A stretch of 64,000 nt of DNA from positions 4,032,001-4,096,000 of the forward strand of contig OY970067.1 of assembly GCA_963705305.1 (NCBI GenBank), given 5' to 3'. A program made the translations under genes and the position numbers. The notes beneath the pieces were generated by a model. The model saw nothing but the letters and a program-made list of their open reading frames with translations. It had not been told where the DNA came from and did no database searches. Positions 41,893-51,563 of this stretch are shown here, piece by piece. Within the stretch, counting starts at the first letter, position 1, and every line of letters begins with the position of its first letter. This DNA comes from an uncultured Methylomirabilota bacterium. Its GTDB lineage: Bacteria > Methylomirabilota > Methylomirabilia > Methylomirabilales > 2-02-FULL-66-22.

Positions 41893-42693
41893 TCACCCCT
41901 CAGTTTCGCGTCCATCTTCCTTTCCCTTCCCGGACTTCAGCAGGGCACTCCAGGCCTTTTGTGCCATAGACAATGTGGGCACCCTTCCCCATCGTCGCCA
42001 TCGGGGCGGCAGGCGATCTCGGTATTGGTACGTTTCCACGCGGAGGGCAGGCTGGAGAGCCGGGATGGCGCAGATACCACCGACATGGCAAACGCCCTGT
42101 GCTATCAATCGGATGATCGGCGCAATCTCGCGGATACCCCGGAGGAGGTGCCGAGGGTGCGCCGAGGTGTGGAACAAGATCCACCGATCCAGGAGACCAC
42201 ATTCCGCCACTGCAGCGGCTAGCGCTAGGAAGTAGCCCCGCGGGTTTACCAGGGAGATTACGCGGGGGATATGGAGACTCTTGATGCGCCGGACTCCCCG
42301 TACCAGGGCCTCATTCAGTTCTTCGAGGGCAGTCCACCGGCCGGATCGGGTCGGACGGAACCAGCGCCATGACGGGGCGCCCCAGTCCTCCCCGTCCGGA
42401 TTCCTGGCCCGATCCATCTCGGTCTCCAGGACGATGGCCCCCCGCGGATCGTCCGGGGCGGTCTCCAGGATAGAGCTGTCTACCGCCGCCAAGGCCACGC
42501 GCCCTGCAAGGCGAAGATCCCGGAGCTGCGCATCCGCCTCCCGCCAGGTGTTCCAGCCGGACTTCCGGTACGCCTCCGCCCTGAAGTAGTTCCCCACGCA
42601 GGCGGCGGCGTTGCACGGGAGGATCAGGAGAACCTCCGCGTGCGCCAGCGACCGCAGCTGGACCCATGACTCCTCTCCCTTGATGCGCCTCAT
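41893..42693 (-). CDS. Hypothetical protein translationally coupled to the Clp-fold protease
   Basis: ATGA overlap with the protease stop, GGAGG RBS. Confidence 0.6.
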   Translation of the reverse strand: MRRIKGEESWVQLRSLAHAEVLLILPCNAAACVGNYFRAEAYRKSGWNTWREADAQLRDLRLAGRVALAAVDSSILETAPDDPRGAIVLETEMDRARNPDGEDWGAPSWRWFRPTRSGRWTALEELNEALVRGVRRIKSLHIPRVISLVNPRGYFLALAAAVAECGLLDRWILFHTSAHPRHLLRGIREIAPIIRLIAQGVCHVGGICAIPALQPALRVETYQYRDRLPPRWRRWGRVPTLSMAQKAWSALLKSGKGKEDGRETEG

Positions 42694-43682
42694 GGAGCCT
42701 CCCCCGGGTGGCCCCGTCGCCGTGGGCGGGGTTGGGCTTCGGAGGGAGACGCGTCTGGCCCTGCCGGCATATCGGCCAGGACCCCCTGCGCGGCGTCGAT
42801 CGTCGCCTGCGGGAGGCCGGCCATCGTGATGAGATCCTGCTCGGTGCCGTAGGCGATCAGGGCGAAGGCGAACCGGTCCAGGAGGGCCGCCTCCTCGGCA
42901 TCGGGGAGCCGCGTGGGGAGGCCGAGGGCCTCTGCCTCTTCCCAGTCGATGACGAAGCCGTGGGTGGGATAGCCGTGGACCAGGCGGTCCAGGAGCTTCG
43001 GGCCCGCATCGGCCCAGAGGGCCGGGCGGTACCGCTTGAGGAGGCGCTCGGCGTACTCGCCCCCGGTCTCCATTCCCCGGGCGCTCTCGGCGAGGTGGGC
43101 GGGGTCGAGCCGGGCGTAGAGCGGGCCGTAGAGGCCGGCCGTCAGTTCCGCGGCCTTGCTGCAGGCGTCGCAGAGCCGCATCCCGCTCTTGCTGGAGATC
43201 CGGGCGACGAGGTCGTCGTACAGCCCGACGGCCCCGTGCTGGAGCTGCTGGAGGGCCTTGAAGGGGACCAGGCGCGAGGTGGTGAGGGGGCCGTCCGCCT
43301 CCTGCTTCTCGTCCCCCTGCTGGTCCAGGGGGCCCAGCTCGCCCAGGCTCCCCAGGACGAGCTCGTCGGCGGCCAAACAGAGGAGGGTCGCCGCGCTCTT
43401 GGCCCGGAAGGGGACGAAGATGGTGAGCGCCTCGAACCGGCGCCGGAGCTCCCGGGCCACCAGGTAGGCGGCCTCGATGTCCCCGCCGGGACTGGCCACG
43501 AGCACGTCCAGGTGCGGGCCGGTCTCCTCCTCCAGGGCGGCGCGGATCGCCCGGACATCGGCATGGACCAGCCGCCGGCTGACGAACAGGAGGCAGGGAC
43601 GCTGGCGGTAGGCCCGGAGCTGCGCGCCCAGCTCGCGGATCTCCTGCTCGGCCTCGGCGGGAGTGGCTTTCGCAGTGACCAT
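42690..43682 (-). CDS. SDH family Clp-fold serine protease (copy 1)
   Basis: SPGG, AKSAATL, LGPLD, YPTHGFVI; AAGGAGG RBS before ATG 43682. Confidence 0.85.
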   Translation of the reverse strand: MVTAKATPAEAEQEIRELGAQLRAYRQRPCLLFVSRRLVHADVRAIRAALEEETGPHLDVLVASPGGDIEAAYLVARELRRRFEALTIFVPFRAKSAATLLCLAADELVLGSLGELGPLDQQGDEKQEADGPLTTSRLVPFKALQQLQHGAVGLYDDLVARISSKSGMRLCDACSKAAELTAGLYGPLYARLDPAHLAESARGMETGGEYAERLLKRYRPALWADAGPKLLDRLVHGYPTHGFVIDWEEAEALGLPTRLPDAEEAALLDRFAFALIAYGTEQDLITMAGLPQATIDAAQGVLADMPAGPDASPSEAQPRPRRRGHPGEAP

Positions 43683-43769
43683 GGACAACCTCCTTGGAAG
43701 TTGGAACCCGGCCTTTGGGGGGCCGGCCGTCAGTCGGTAGCCATTGGCCTCAAGAAGTCCACGGCCCTT

Positions 43770-43922
43770 TAGCAGGCGGCTCAAAAAGGTCCGGATGCAA
43801 GGCTGCGTCACCCATCCTTCCGGATGGGTACCCGGCGCGGTGCGAGGCGTACTTCGCTCGTACGTCGCAGTGCCGCGCGAGCGCGCTAACGACGCAGATG
43901 GGCCTTTTTCAGCAGCCTGCTA
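43770..43922. mobile_element. MITE-like palindromic element (copy 1)
   Basis: TA-GCAGGCGGCTCAAAAAGG ... CCTTTTTCAGCAGCCTGC-TA, internal hairpins. Confidence 0.7.
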
Positions 43923-44099
43923 GGCCAGGCCGACCCTGACGGGGATGACCAAGTACTGGTCCCCCCACTCCTCGGCATCGGGCTGCACGAAGGCCTCGGC
44001 CTCGGCTCGCTCGGCGAACAGGACCGGCATCCCCTCGTGCTCCAGCCGGGCCGGCCTGTCGCAGGGCGATGTCCACTTCCACAGTTCGTACATCTGCAT
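43920..44099 (-). CDS. 59-aa hypothetical protein (copy 1)
   Basis: GGAGGAGG RBS; first gene after the WYL-box promoter. Confidence 0.6.
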   Translation of the reverse strand: MQMYELWKWTSPCDRPARLEHEGMPVLFAERAEAEAFVQPDAEEWGDQYLVIPVRVGLA

Positions 44100-44145
44100 G
44101 GGCCCCTCTCCTCCTCCGCATCGCCGGTCGGCTCTGTGCAGCCGG

Positions 44146-44179
44146 ATTCTACGAGGGGCCTGTGGCATCTACGGTCACA
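44146..44179 (-). promoter_or_regulatory. WYL-box promoter 3
   Basis: Minus: TGTGAC-cgtagat-GCCACA-N9-TAGAAT. Confidence 0.72.
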
Positions 44180-44556
44180 GAATCATCCGTCGACCGACTT
44201 GAGCCAAGCGAGGTGAATCCCTGAGTAGTTGAATGAACCAACGCGATCGATCCCCACCGCCCGGACGATATGGCCCATCCGCATTGCCAATCCGAAAGCT
44301 GGGGCCGTCTTCCTTGTCGGCCGACTTTTCACAAGGGCACAATCATTGCCACTCATCAGGGGTTTTTGAGGGATTCTACAGCGTGGTTAGGAGGTGGGAA
44401 GGCGCGAAGAAGTGAGCGCGGCTGAAGCCCGGAGGGCACATTTGGGCCGCGCTCTGATGTGGTGCCCAGTTGGAGGCCCGCGCACCTACCGGTCCAATGC
44501 GGTCGCAACAACGTAAACGACATACCCCCCCGGGGGGGTGCGTAATCTGTGCCCGG

Positions 44557-45816
44557 CTAGCGCGGGACATTTGTGGGCAAGATGATGTCGGGGTGCCGGT
44601 TGGTGGGCTCTTTCCAAATGGCGTCCTTGCACCGATCGGTCGGGAGGGCTTTCCAATCGTCGATGCTGGGCTGGTAGTTCTGACGTGGGTCGGGCCGCAT
44701 GTAGATGGTGCAAAGTCTAGGCGGCTCGGCGACGCTGTACACGGTGTATTGGTAGTAACCCGGTGCTGGGGTGTAGGAATACCCTGGGTGTGTGGGGACG
44801 GCTGTTCGGTCGATCTGCTGTTGGAGGACGTGTTGGCATTGCATCCAGGCTGGGCTACCGACTGCCCCGTTTCGTTCACAGCGGACTTGGATGTTGCCGG
44901 CCGGTGCGCCGGTGTTTCCCGCCTCGATCCCGCTCCCCATCCCGACGACAGCGCCGGGCTCGCCTCGGACACGCGGACATGGAGGAGGTGGGGAGCTGTA
45001 ATTGGGGTTGACATAGACGGGGGCGTAGACGCCCGGGTCACCCAACTGAATGGGGATCAAGCCCGGAACTGGTATACAGGAGTAGGGCGGGAGGGGTTGA
45101 GACGCCGGCGCAGGTTGCAGGACCGAGGTGGCCGGGGTGGGCTGAGACCCCACAGTTTGGACACCCGTGATCAGATGAGAACGGTCCAGAGACTTGATCA
45201 AGCGCGCGTAGGTTGACCGGTGATCTTGGGAATACGCGTTGGCATCGGCATAGCCGCGCAGTTTCCCCACGGAATCCGACGACAAATTGATGGAGCCCAT
45301 TTCGAGGGTGCCCGGAGGGGCCGGGTGGGGGTGCGCTTCTACCCTGATGATCAGGAACATGGAGCCGATGTCGGGCGAGGGCGGGCCTACGGCGGTGTCC
45401 CCAAATTTGCCCTGAGGAAATTTGGGGGCGAGCACTGCGTGAACGGAGACATGCGTGACCTGCGGGTGCCTCATAACAATTGGATATACGGAATTAGCGA
45501 GAGCTTCCGACAGGGCAGTGGGGTCGGCGGCTGGATTAAGAAATGCCGTGAGGTAGAGATCCGCGGGGTGGGTGAAAGAGAGGGAGTCCTCCATTTGCCG
45601 GATCATCTCGTCGAACTGCTGTGTGAGAGCGGGGTGCTCAGGGGAGGGTGCGGCTGCCGAGGCGGCCGGTGGACCCTCGCGGGTTTGCCGTTGGCGTTCG
45701 CATTCCAGGCGAGAGAGCGACCCCGCCTCGAACTCTTGGCACGATGGCAGCTCACCGGCGTACGCGATGCTGGACCACAGCAAGAGCAGTCCGATGAATA
45801 CGGTGAGTCTCCTCAT
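44557..45816 (-). CDS. Secreted Pro/Cys-rich hypothetical protein
   Basis: Signal peptide MRRLTVFIGLLLLWSSIAYA; paired cysteines. Confidence 0.65.
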   Translation of the reverse strand: MRRLTVFIGLLLLWSSIAYAGELPSCQEFEAGSLSRLECERQRQTREGPPAASAAAPSPEHPALTQQFDEMIRQMEDSLSFTHPADLYLTAFLNPAADPTALSEALANSVYPIVMRHPQVTHVSVHAVLAPKFPQGKFGDTAVGPPSPDIGSMFLIIRVEAHPHPAPPGTLEMGSINLSSDSVGKLRGYADANAYSQDHRSTYARLIKSLDRSHLITGVQTVGSQPTPATSVLQPAPASQPLPPYSCIPVPGLIPIQLGDPGVYAPVYVNPNYSSPPPPCPRVRGEPGAVVGMGSGIEAGNTGAPAGNIQVRCERNGAVGSPAWMQCQHVLQQQIDRTAVPTHPGYSYTPAPGYYQYTVYSVAEPPRLCTIYMRPDPRQNYQPSIDDWKALPTDRCKDAIWKEPTNRHPDIILPTNVPR

Positions 45817-45922
45817 GACCGTTCCCTTCATGTGCTACGTGAGTTGGTGGCTGACTCACGGCTGGTCCGGATGTCCGAGGAGATAGCTGGACGCTGTGTG
45901 GTATCTAACTTACGGCTTTGGG

Positions 45923-47446
45923 GCTGTCAAGGGGAGACGGATTATCCTAATCTCCGACTAAGCCGGGGCCAGTCGGGCGATCTTGCGTCGGACCCGGTGG
46001 AGTAAGGCATGCTGCAGGGCGGCCGAGAGCCGCAAGAGGGTCTGCCGGGCATGCGCGACGACCTTCCCGACGGTGTTGAACAGCAGGAACCGGAGTCGCT
46101 TCGGCCGGGCGGTCCGGAGATCTCCGGGTAAGGTCAAGCGCTTCAGGGCGGTGAGCAAGTTGTACGTCAGCACATTGAGGCGGAACCACGCGGCGTTCGC
46201 CCCGAACTTCCCGCTGGGCAGGGCGGCGGCCGCCAGCTCGTTCTTGAGGACGTGATGGGTATGTTCGACGGTCCCCGCTTTCTCCCGGTGCCACTGGAGG
46301 ATCGTGAGGCCCTCCTCGGTCCGATTGGTGACCACGGCGAAGTAGTGGACGCTGCTCCCATCCGCGAAGAGGTGCCCCTGGCGCGGCTGGATCCGCACCG
46401 CGAGGTAGCGGCGCACGCACGGCCGAGCCTTCCGGTGATCCCCATCCTCGGGGACGTAGGGGACCTCGGCCCAGGCGCGGACGGCCTCGGGTTCCTCGCG
46501 CTCGAGCTGCCAGGCGGCCTCGGGGAGGCGGACGATCTCGGCCTGGAGTTGCTCCGAGAGATCGGCGCTGATGGCGTACGCGATCGGGGGGGCCGCGTCC
46601 TCGCACCAGCGGAGGACCTCGGTCTCGTAGAGCGCCCTGTCGGCGCGGAGGCGGATCCGCGGGATCCCCTGGGGCAGATTGGCCACGGCCTGTTCGAGAA
46701 CGCGCACGTTGCCACACCCGGCGGGCACCTGGCCATCGCGGAACTGATCGTGCAGGATCAGGTCCTGCTCGGCCCAGAGGACGACGACCGGCTGGGACGC
46801 CGCGGGTCCCATCGTAGGCGACGGTGGCCGTGTCCTTATGGCTCTCGACGAGCGTGGCGTCCACATCCAGGGTAGCCGTCGTCTCGCGGGCCCCGCGCTG
46901 GACGCCCGCGACCAGCGTCCGGTTCGCCTGGCCCAGCCCCGCGAGGGCGCTGGACTCCAGCGGGATCGCCGCGTGGGGCCCGGCCTGCCACAGGGGGCCG
47001 TTCTCCACGTGGAACGCCTCGAGGAAGTCCCGCACGGTGGTCGCCGCGGGCAGGGGGTACCCGAGCAGGGTCGCCAAGGCCTGATCCTCGCGCAGCGTCG
47101 TGAGGTCCTGGCAGCGGTCCCCGCCGCTCGTCCACAACGCGACGAGGCTCTCGACGAGCTGCAACGGCTGCAGCCCGCGCTGGCGCTGTTTGACTGGGAC
47201 GTGGGTATCGACCGCCTGGGCCACCCCGAGCTGGCGGAACAGCTCGATCACGAGCGGCACTCCGGCCCGCCCGGTGACCAGCGTGGGGTCAATGGCATCA
47301 TCGATCTCGAACGGCAACCGCGAGTTCTCGGCCGGCATCGTCGTCCTCCCTGTGAGCGCTGCACCCACTGGGTGAAGACAAGCAAACCCGATGCCATCAA
47401 CGACAACCGCGTACACGGCGGGTTCTCGTAGAATCCGCTTGACTGC
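45923..47446 (-). mobile_element. IS1380 family element (ends approximate)
   Basis: Short inverted ends GC(T/A)GTCAAG / CGGATT around the transposase. Confidence 0.75.
45958..47338 (-). pseudogene. IS1380 transposase, frameshift at about 46796
   Basis: VTGRAG, TLDVDAT, FRDG.VPA, LRAD.ALY, VVTN, GTVEH...LKNE, FGANAAW. Confidence 0.88.
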
Positions 47447-47738
47447 TCAACTTCTTAACCGGAGAAGAGGGGATTACATCGGATTACATCATGCAAGACT
47501 ATGACTTCGACCAGTAGGGGGGATGCGGCGCTGAACCCGAGATCAATCTCGGATCACATCTTTCCTATTCATGCCGTGGCCAGGCTCTATTTCAAGGGCC
47601 ATCTAGAGGGTGGTGAGCCAATCACGCGAGCAGGGCGCTGTCATCGCGATGGTGACAGCCACAACAGCGTGCGTAGTTGATGCAGGTGCAACCGTCGCGG
47701 AGGCAGCTATCCGCGAACTCCGCGTTCGCGGGTTATCG

Positions 47739-48404
47739 TCAAAGCGCTTTCTGCTCTTTCGGTGTCGGGCGCACGAGGCGCGCCGTGCACACATGCCTTC
47801 CTTTGTGGTAGACCTCAACCTGCTTGGGGAAAGTCGCGTTGAAGTGCACCTCGACGATAGCCCGCTTTCGCGCGAGCTCGAGCAGCGCATCGTCCCAATA
47901 CGAATAGGGCCCAAATGAGAAGCCTGCAGCCGAGGCGAGCCGCCTTTCGAGCTGGATCGGCGTGGGCGAAAGGACGGGCGCCAACTCCGTGATCACCCGC
48001 CCGATCCGGTTCAAGGCCTGCCGGAGTTCATGCTGGTTCTCGGCGGCCTCCTCAAAGTCCGCAGATGCCGTTCCGCGCTGAACGTTCAGGTTGAAGAGAA
48101 CCGAGGGATCGAGTTGCTGCCCCCTCTCGTGGCGAACGCGCTCGCGGGCAGTAACCCGCGCGCCGGCGCGCGGCACCGGAACAAATGGAGCGAGCGCCGT
48201 CACTGCCTGCGCAACGCGGTTCATGCAGTCCCTGAGAGCATACTGATTTTCGGCAGTCTCTCGAAATTCGGTGCTGGACGTTCCTCGAGAAATCGTCAGG
48301 GCGAAGATCACCGGAGGGGAAATCGTTTGCGCCATGTCTGCGCGCATGCGCTCGCGGGCACTCTTCCTCTTGGGGGGCTGCTCGTCGTTGGTTTGCATAA
48401 GCAT
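47739..48404 (-). CDS. Hypothetical protein: tandem 42-aa repeat + Mu-transposase C-terminal-like domain
   Basis: Two copies of F.L...RGT.S..F.E.AENQ..LR...NR....T.LAP; C-terminus VEVHFNATFPKQVEVYHKGRHVCTA. Confidence 0.6.
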   Translation of the reverse strand: MLMQTNDEQPPKRKSARERMRADMAQTISPPVIFALTISRGTSSTEFRETAENQYALRDCMNRVAQAVTALAPFVPVPRAGARVTARERVRHERGQQLDPSVLFNLNVQRGTASADFEEAAENQHELRQALNRIGRVITELAPVLSPTPIQLERRLASAAGFSFGPYSYWDDALLELARKRAIVEVHFNATFPKQVEVYHKGRHVCTARLVRPTPKEQKAL

Positions 48405-48690
48405 TCCTCATGGTTGGGCCGAGGCTCGGGTTCGGACTGATGCCTCGTCTGCACGGGAGCCCAGGAGCACCTCGATCAAGGCCAAGATGCGAGGGCGACA
48501 TCGAACCCTAGCCTCCGATTGTCAGGAGCCGAATGCCGCGAGTCTCTCCTGCCGGGGCTCATCGGCCTCGCGCACCGTACCACCGGCCGCCCGTTCGCGT
48601 CAACCCACCTTGCCATTCTTTCCCGCCCCCTCTCGGCTTGACTTTGTCCTCGTCGGTGGTAGTGTTGCCCGCACCCAGGGGTGGGCCGAG

Positions 48691-49461
48691 GTGCTCGAGC
48701 GGACGTTCATTCACATTCCAGGAATCGGCAGGGCGACGGAGCAGGCCCTCTGGCGGCAGGGAGTGACGAGCTGGAGGGATGCCGAGGCGCTGGAGTCCGG
48801 GGCGCCGGGCGTCCGGCCTCGGGCCTTGGCGCTGCTCCGCAGGCATCTCCCGGACTCTCGGCGTGCGCTCGAAACCAAGGATGCCGGCTTCTTCGTGCGC
48901 CTCTGCCAGCTCGGGGAGGCATGGCGAGTCTTCAGCCGGTTCGCGGCCGACTGTGTCTACCTCGACATCGAGACCACCGGCCTCTCGCCCGGCGACGATG
49001 ACCTCACGCTCGTGGGCGTCTACGACGGCGTGGCGTACCAGCCGTTCCTCGCCGGCGACAACCTGCCGGCGCTGCCGGCGTACCTGCAGCGGTTCCGGCT
49101 GATGTGCACCTTCAACGGCGCCGGCTTCGACCTCCGGTTCCTCCGGACCGCCTTTCCCGGCCTCGCCCTCCCGCCGATCCACATCGACCTGCGGCCGACG
49201 ACGCGGAAGCTCGGGCTGACCGGCGGGCTGAAGCCGATCGAGGCCGCGCTCGGCCTCGTGCGCGAGGCCGCCATCCGCGACCTCTCCGGCTACGATGCCG
49301 TCCTCCTCTGGCACCGGCACCTCCGCGGCGATCGCCGGGCGCTGGACCTCCTGATCGAGTACAACCGGGCGGACGTTCTCCACCTGAAGACGATCCTGGA
49401 GACGTGCTACGATCGGCTCGCTGCAGAGGCAGTTCATGCGTGGCCAACGCCCTCTCCCTAG
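48691..49461 (+). CDS. YprB-like RNase H-fold (DEDD) exonuclease with an N-terminal HhH
   Basis: HIPGIG, YLDIETTG, TFNGAGFDL, GGLK.IE, YNRADV. Confidence 0.87.
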   Translation: MLERTFIHIPGIGRATEQALWRQGVTSWRDAEALESGAPGVRPRALALLRRHLPDSRRALETKDAGFFVRLCQLGEAWRVFSRFAADCVYLDIETTGLSPGDDDLTLVGVYDGVAYQPFLAGDNLPALPAYLQRFRLMCTFNGAGFDLRFLRTAFPGLALPPIHIDLRPTTRKLGLTGGLKPIEAALGLVREAAIRDLSGYDAVLLWHRHLRGDRRALDLLIEYNRADVLHLKTILETCYDRLAAEAVHAWPTPSP

Positions 49462-49522
49462 GCCGAACGCTCGTTCGAAGCGCGCGTGTCATCGTTCCTT
49501 TCTGTTTCATCAGATTTGATAC

Positions 49523-49614
49523 TTTCAGCGTATGCTGAAAATAGCTTGAATAATGAAAAGACATTGACGCAGCTTGTATTTCATCGTACAATGCCATTTC
49601 AGCAATCGCTGAAA
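49523..49614 (+). promoter_or_regulatory. Sigma70 promoter flanked by two palindromic operators
   Basis: TTGACG 49564, 17 bp, TACAAT 49587; TTTCAGC-N4-GCTGAAA at 49523-49540 and 49597-49614. Confidence 0.8.
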
Positions 49615-49626
49615 GTTGTGATCAAG

Positions 49627-50688
49627 ATGAAAATAAAAGAAAAAGAACTCCTCGTTCAGGTGGAGACAGCAGCACGGAACTGTCTCGAGGCGGCGCCTTT
49701 TCTTTCAGTAAAACGCGTGCAAAAGGCTACGGATGCAAAAGAGGAGGCCCGCCCCGATCTTCTGATTAAAGCCCAAACACCGGACGGCGAGCAGACGATT
49801 GTGGTGGAGGCCAAGAGCAGCGGTCAGCCCAGGGCGGTGCGTGAGGCGGTGAATCAACTGCTTCGGTACCGGTCCACCTGGCCCAATGCGTACGGCGTAG
49901 TGGCTGCCCCATTTATCTCGGCTCAATCCGCCGACATTTGCTGGAAAAACGGCGTCGGGTATATCGACTTGGCGGGTAATTGTCGCTTGGCGTTTCCCCG
50001 ATTCTACGTTGAACGGGAGGGTCGCCCCAATCCGGCTCCGCAGCGCCGCGATCTCCGGTCGCTCTATTCAGCGAAAACGACCCGCGTCCTGCGCGTGCTT
50101 CTCGTGAAACCCAAGAAGGCCTGGAAGTTGCAGCCGCTCGCACAGGAGGCGGGGGTGAGCCTCGGACAAGTCTTCAACGTGAAGAAGTTGCTGGCCGAGC
50201 GAGAATGGGTCCGGGCAGATGACGAGGGGCTACGGCTCGCGGAGCCCGGGCAACTGCTCGCCGAGTGGGCTCAGAACTACAACTTCCGTCGGAACGCGGC
50301 CCGGGACTTCTACTCGTTGGATTCCTTGCCGGAGATTGAGAGCAAGCTTGCAACCATCGGTCGCGACAAGAACATCCGATACGCATTCACCGGGTTCTCT
50401 GCCGCTGCCCGCCTGGCCCCGATGGTCCGCTACCAGCGGGCGACTGCCTACGTGGAGGGAGACCCGTCCGTCCTGGCGAAAGCCCTTGGCGCCAAGGAAG
50501 TGCCTTCGGGGGCGAACCTGACGCTGCTCTCCCCCTACGACGACGGAGTCTTCTACGGCGGCAACGAAGTCGGAGGGGCCCAGATCGTGTCCCCGGTCCA
50601 GGCGTACCTCGACCTCATGGGGTATCGCGGGCGCGGCGAAGAAGCCGCGACCTTCCTCCTCGAGCAGGTGATCCAGCCCCAATGGTAA
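49627..50688 (+). CDS. AbiEi-like type IV antitoxin/regulator
   Basis: VEAKS.GQPR, GYIDLAGN, wHTH LAQEAGVSLGQV, VSPVQAYLDL...RGEEAA. Confidence 0.78.
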   Translation: MKIKEKELLVQVETAARNCLEAAPFLSVKRVQKATDAKEEARPDLLIKAQTPDGEQTIVVEAKSSGQPRAVREAVNQLLRYRSTWPNAYGVVAAPFISAQSADICWKNGVGYIDLAGNCRLAFPRFYVEREGRPNPAPQRRDLRSLYSAKTTRVLRVLLVKPKKAWKLQPLAQEAGVSLGQVFNVKKLLAEREWVRADDEGLRLAEPGQLLAEWAQNYNFRRNAARDFYSLDSLPEIESKLATIGRDKNIRYAFTGFSAAARLAPMVRYQRATAYVEGDPSVLAKALGAKEVPSGANLTLLSPYDDGVFYGGNEVGGAQIVSPVQAYLDLMGYRGRGEEAATFLLEQVIQPQW

Positions 50689-51509
50689 ACACGAGAGCGG
50701 ACTACCCGGCAGACGAAGTGGCGGCAGCGCGGTCGGTGATGCTGGAACTGGTCCGTATCCTCGGCGAGTACCGGGATGATCTGGTGATCATCGGAGGATG
50801 GGTGCCGGAACTCCTCCTATCCTCCGGATCCGCGAGACACATCGGCAGCATTGACGTGGATGTGGCGCTGAATCACCGTCGGGTGACCGAGGCCGCGTAC
50901 CGGACAATCCGTGAGCACCTCCTGGCACACGGGTACGAGCCGGGAAAGCAACCGTTCATCTTCTTCAGGACGGTCACGGCTCGCGAGCGAACGATCACGG
51001 TGCAGGTCGACTTCCTGGCGGGCGAATACGGCGGCGCGAGCAAGACGCACCGGACGCAACCGGTGCAGGACCTCGCCGCCCGGAAGGCTCGCGGCTGCGA
51101 CCTCGCGATCGACATCAACACGCGGGTCAAGATCGACGGAACCCTTCCGGAGGGCGGGCTCGATTCGGCGGAGGTCCGGGTGGCGGGCATCGTTCCGTTT
51201 CTCGTGATGAAAGGGATGGCCCTCCACGATCGCCTGAAGCCCAAGGACGCCTGGGACATCTATTTTTGCCTGCTCCATTATCCCGGAGGCCTCAAGGCCC
51301 TCATCCAGGAATTCCGCCCGCACCTCGAGCATGGCTTGGTCCGGGAGGGGCTGCAGAAGATTCGCGACAAGTTCGGTTCGCCGGACCATGTTGGGCCAAA
51401 GTCCGTCGCTGATTTCGAGGAAGTGACAGATCCGGAGGCGCGACAAGTTATACAACGCGATGCGTTCGAGAGAGTGATCGCCCTGCTCGAAAATCTACGA
51501 ATAGCCTGA
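50682..51509 (+). CDS. Nucleotidyltransferase (AbiEii-like type IV toxin)
   Basis: IIGGW, GSIDVD, VDFL, MKG.AL..R.K.KDAWDI. Confidence 0.78.
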   Translation: MVNTRADYPADEVAAARSVMLELVRILGEYRDDLVIIGGWVPELLLSSGSARHIGSIDVDVALNHRRVTEAAYRTIREHLLAHGYEPGKQPFIFFRTVTARERTITVQVDFLAGEYGGASKTHRTQPVQDLAARKARGCDLAIDINTRVKIDGTLPEGGLDSAEVRVAGIVPFLVMKGMALHDRLKPKDAWDIYFCLLHYPGGLKALIQEFRPHLEHGLVREGLQKIRDKFGSPDHVGPKSVADFEEVTDPEARQVIQRDAFERVIALLENLRIA

Positions 51510-51563
51510 GCGAGTGACGCTCCTAGCTGATCGAAAGTTTCTTGTGGTGATCCGGGGAATGAT

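Larger units (their letters stand above)
42776..44184 (-). repeat. 1409-bp inverted repeat, copy 1
   Basis: Reverse complement of 58256-59664; only one mismatch noticed. Confidence 0.93.

Noticed and set aside
43683..43811. N-terminal extension of the Clp-fold proteases in the ORF track
   Set aside because: It starts inside the MITE-like element; a strong RBS supports ATG 43682 and 58758.
47471..47490. Tandem GGATTACATC x2 beside IS1380
   Set aside because: Only two copies and no supporting context.
47610..47918. 102-aa plus-strand ORF
   Set aside because: It overlaps the better-supported minus-strand gene 47739-48404 and has no motif.
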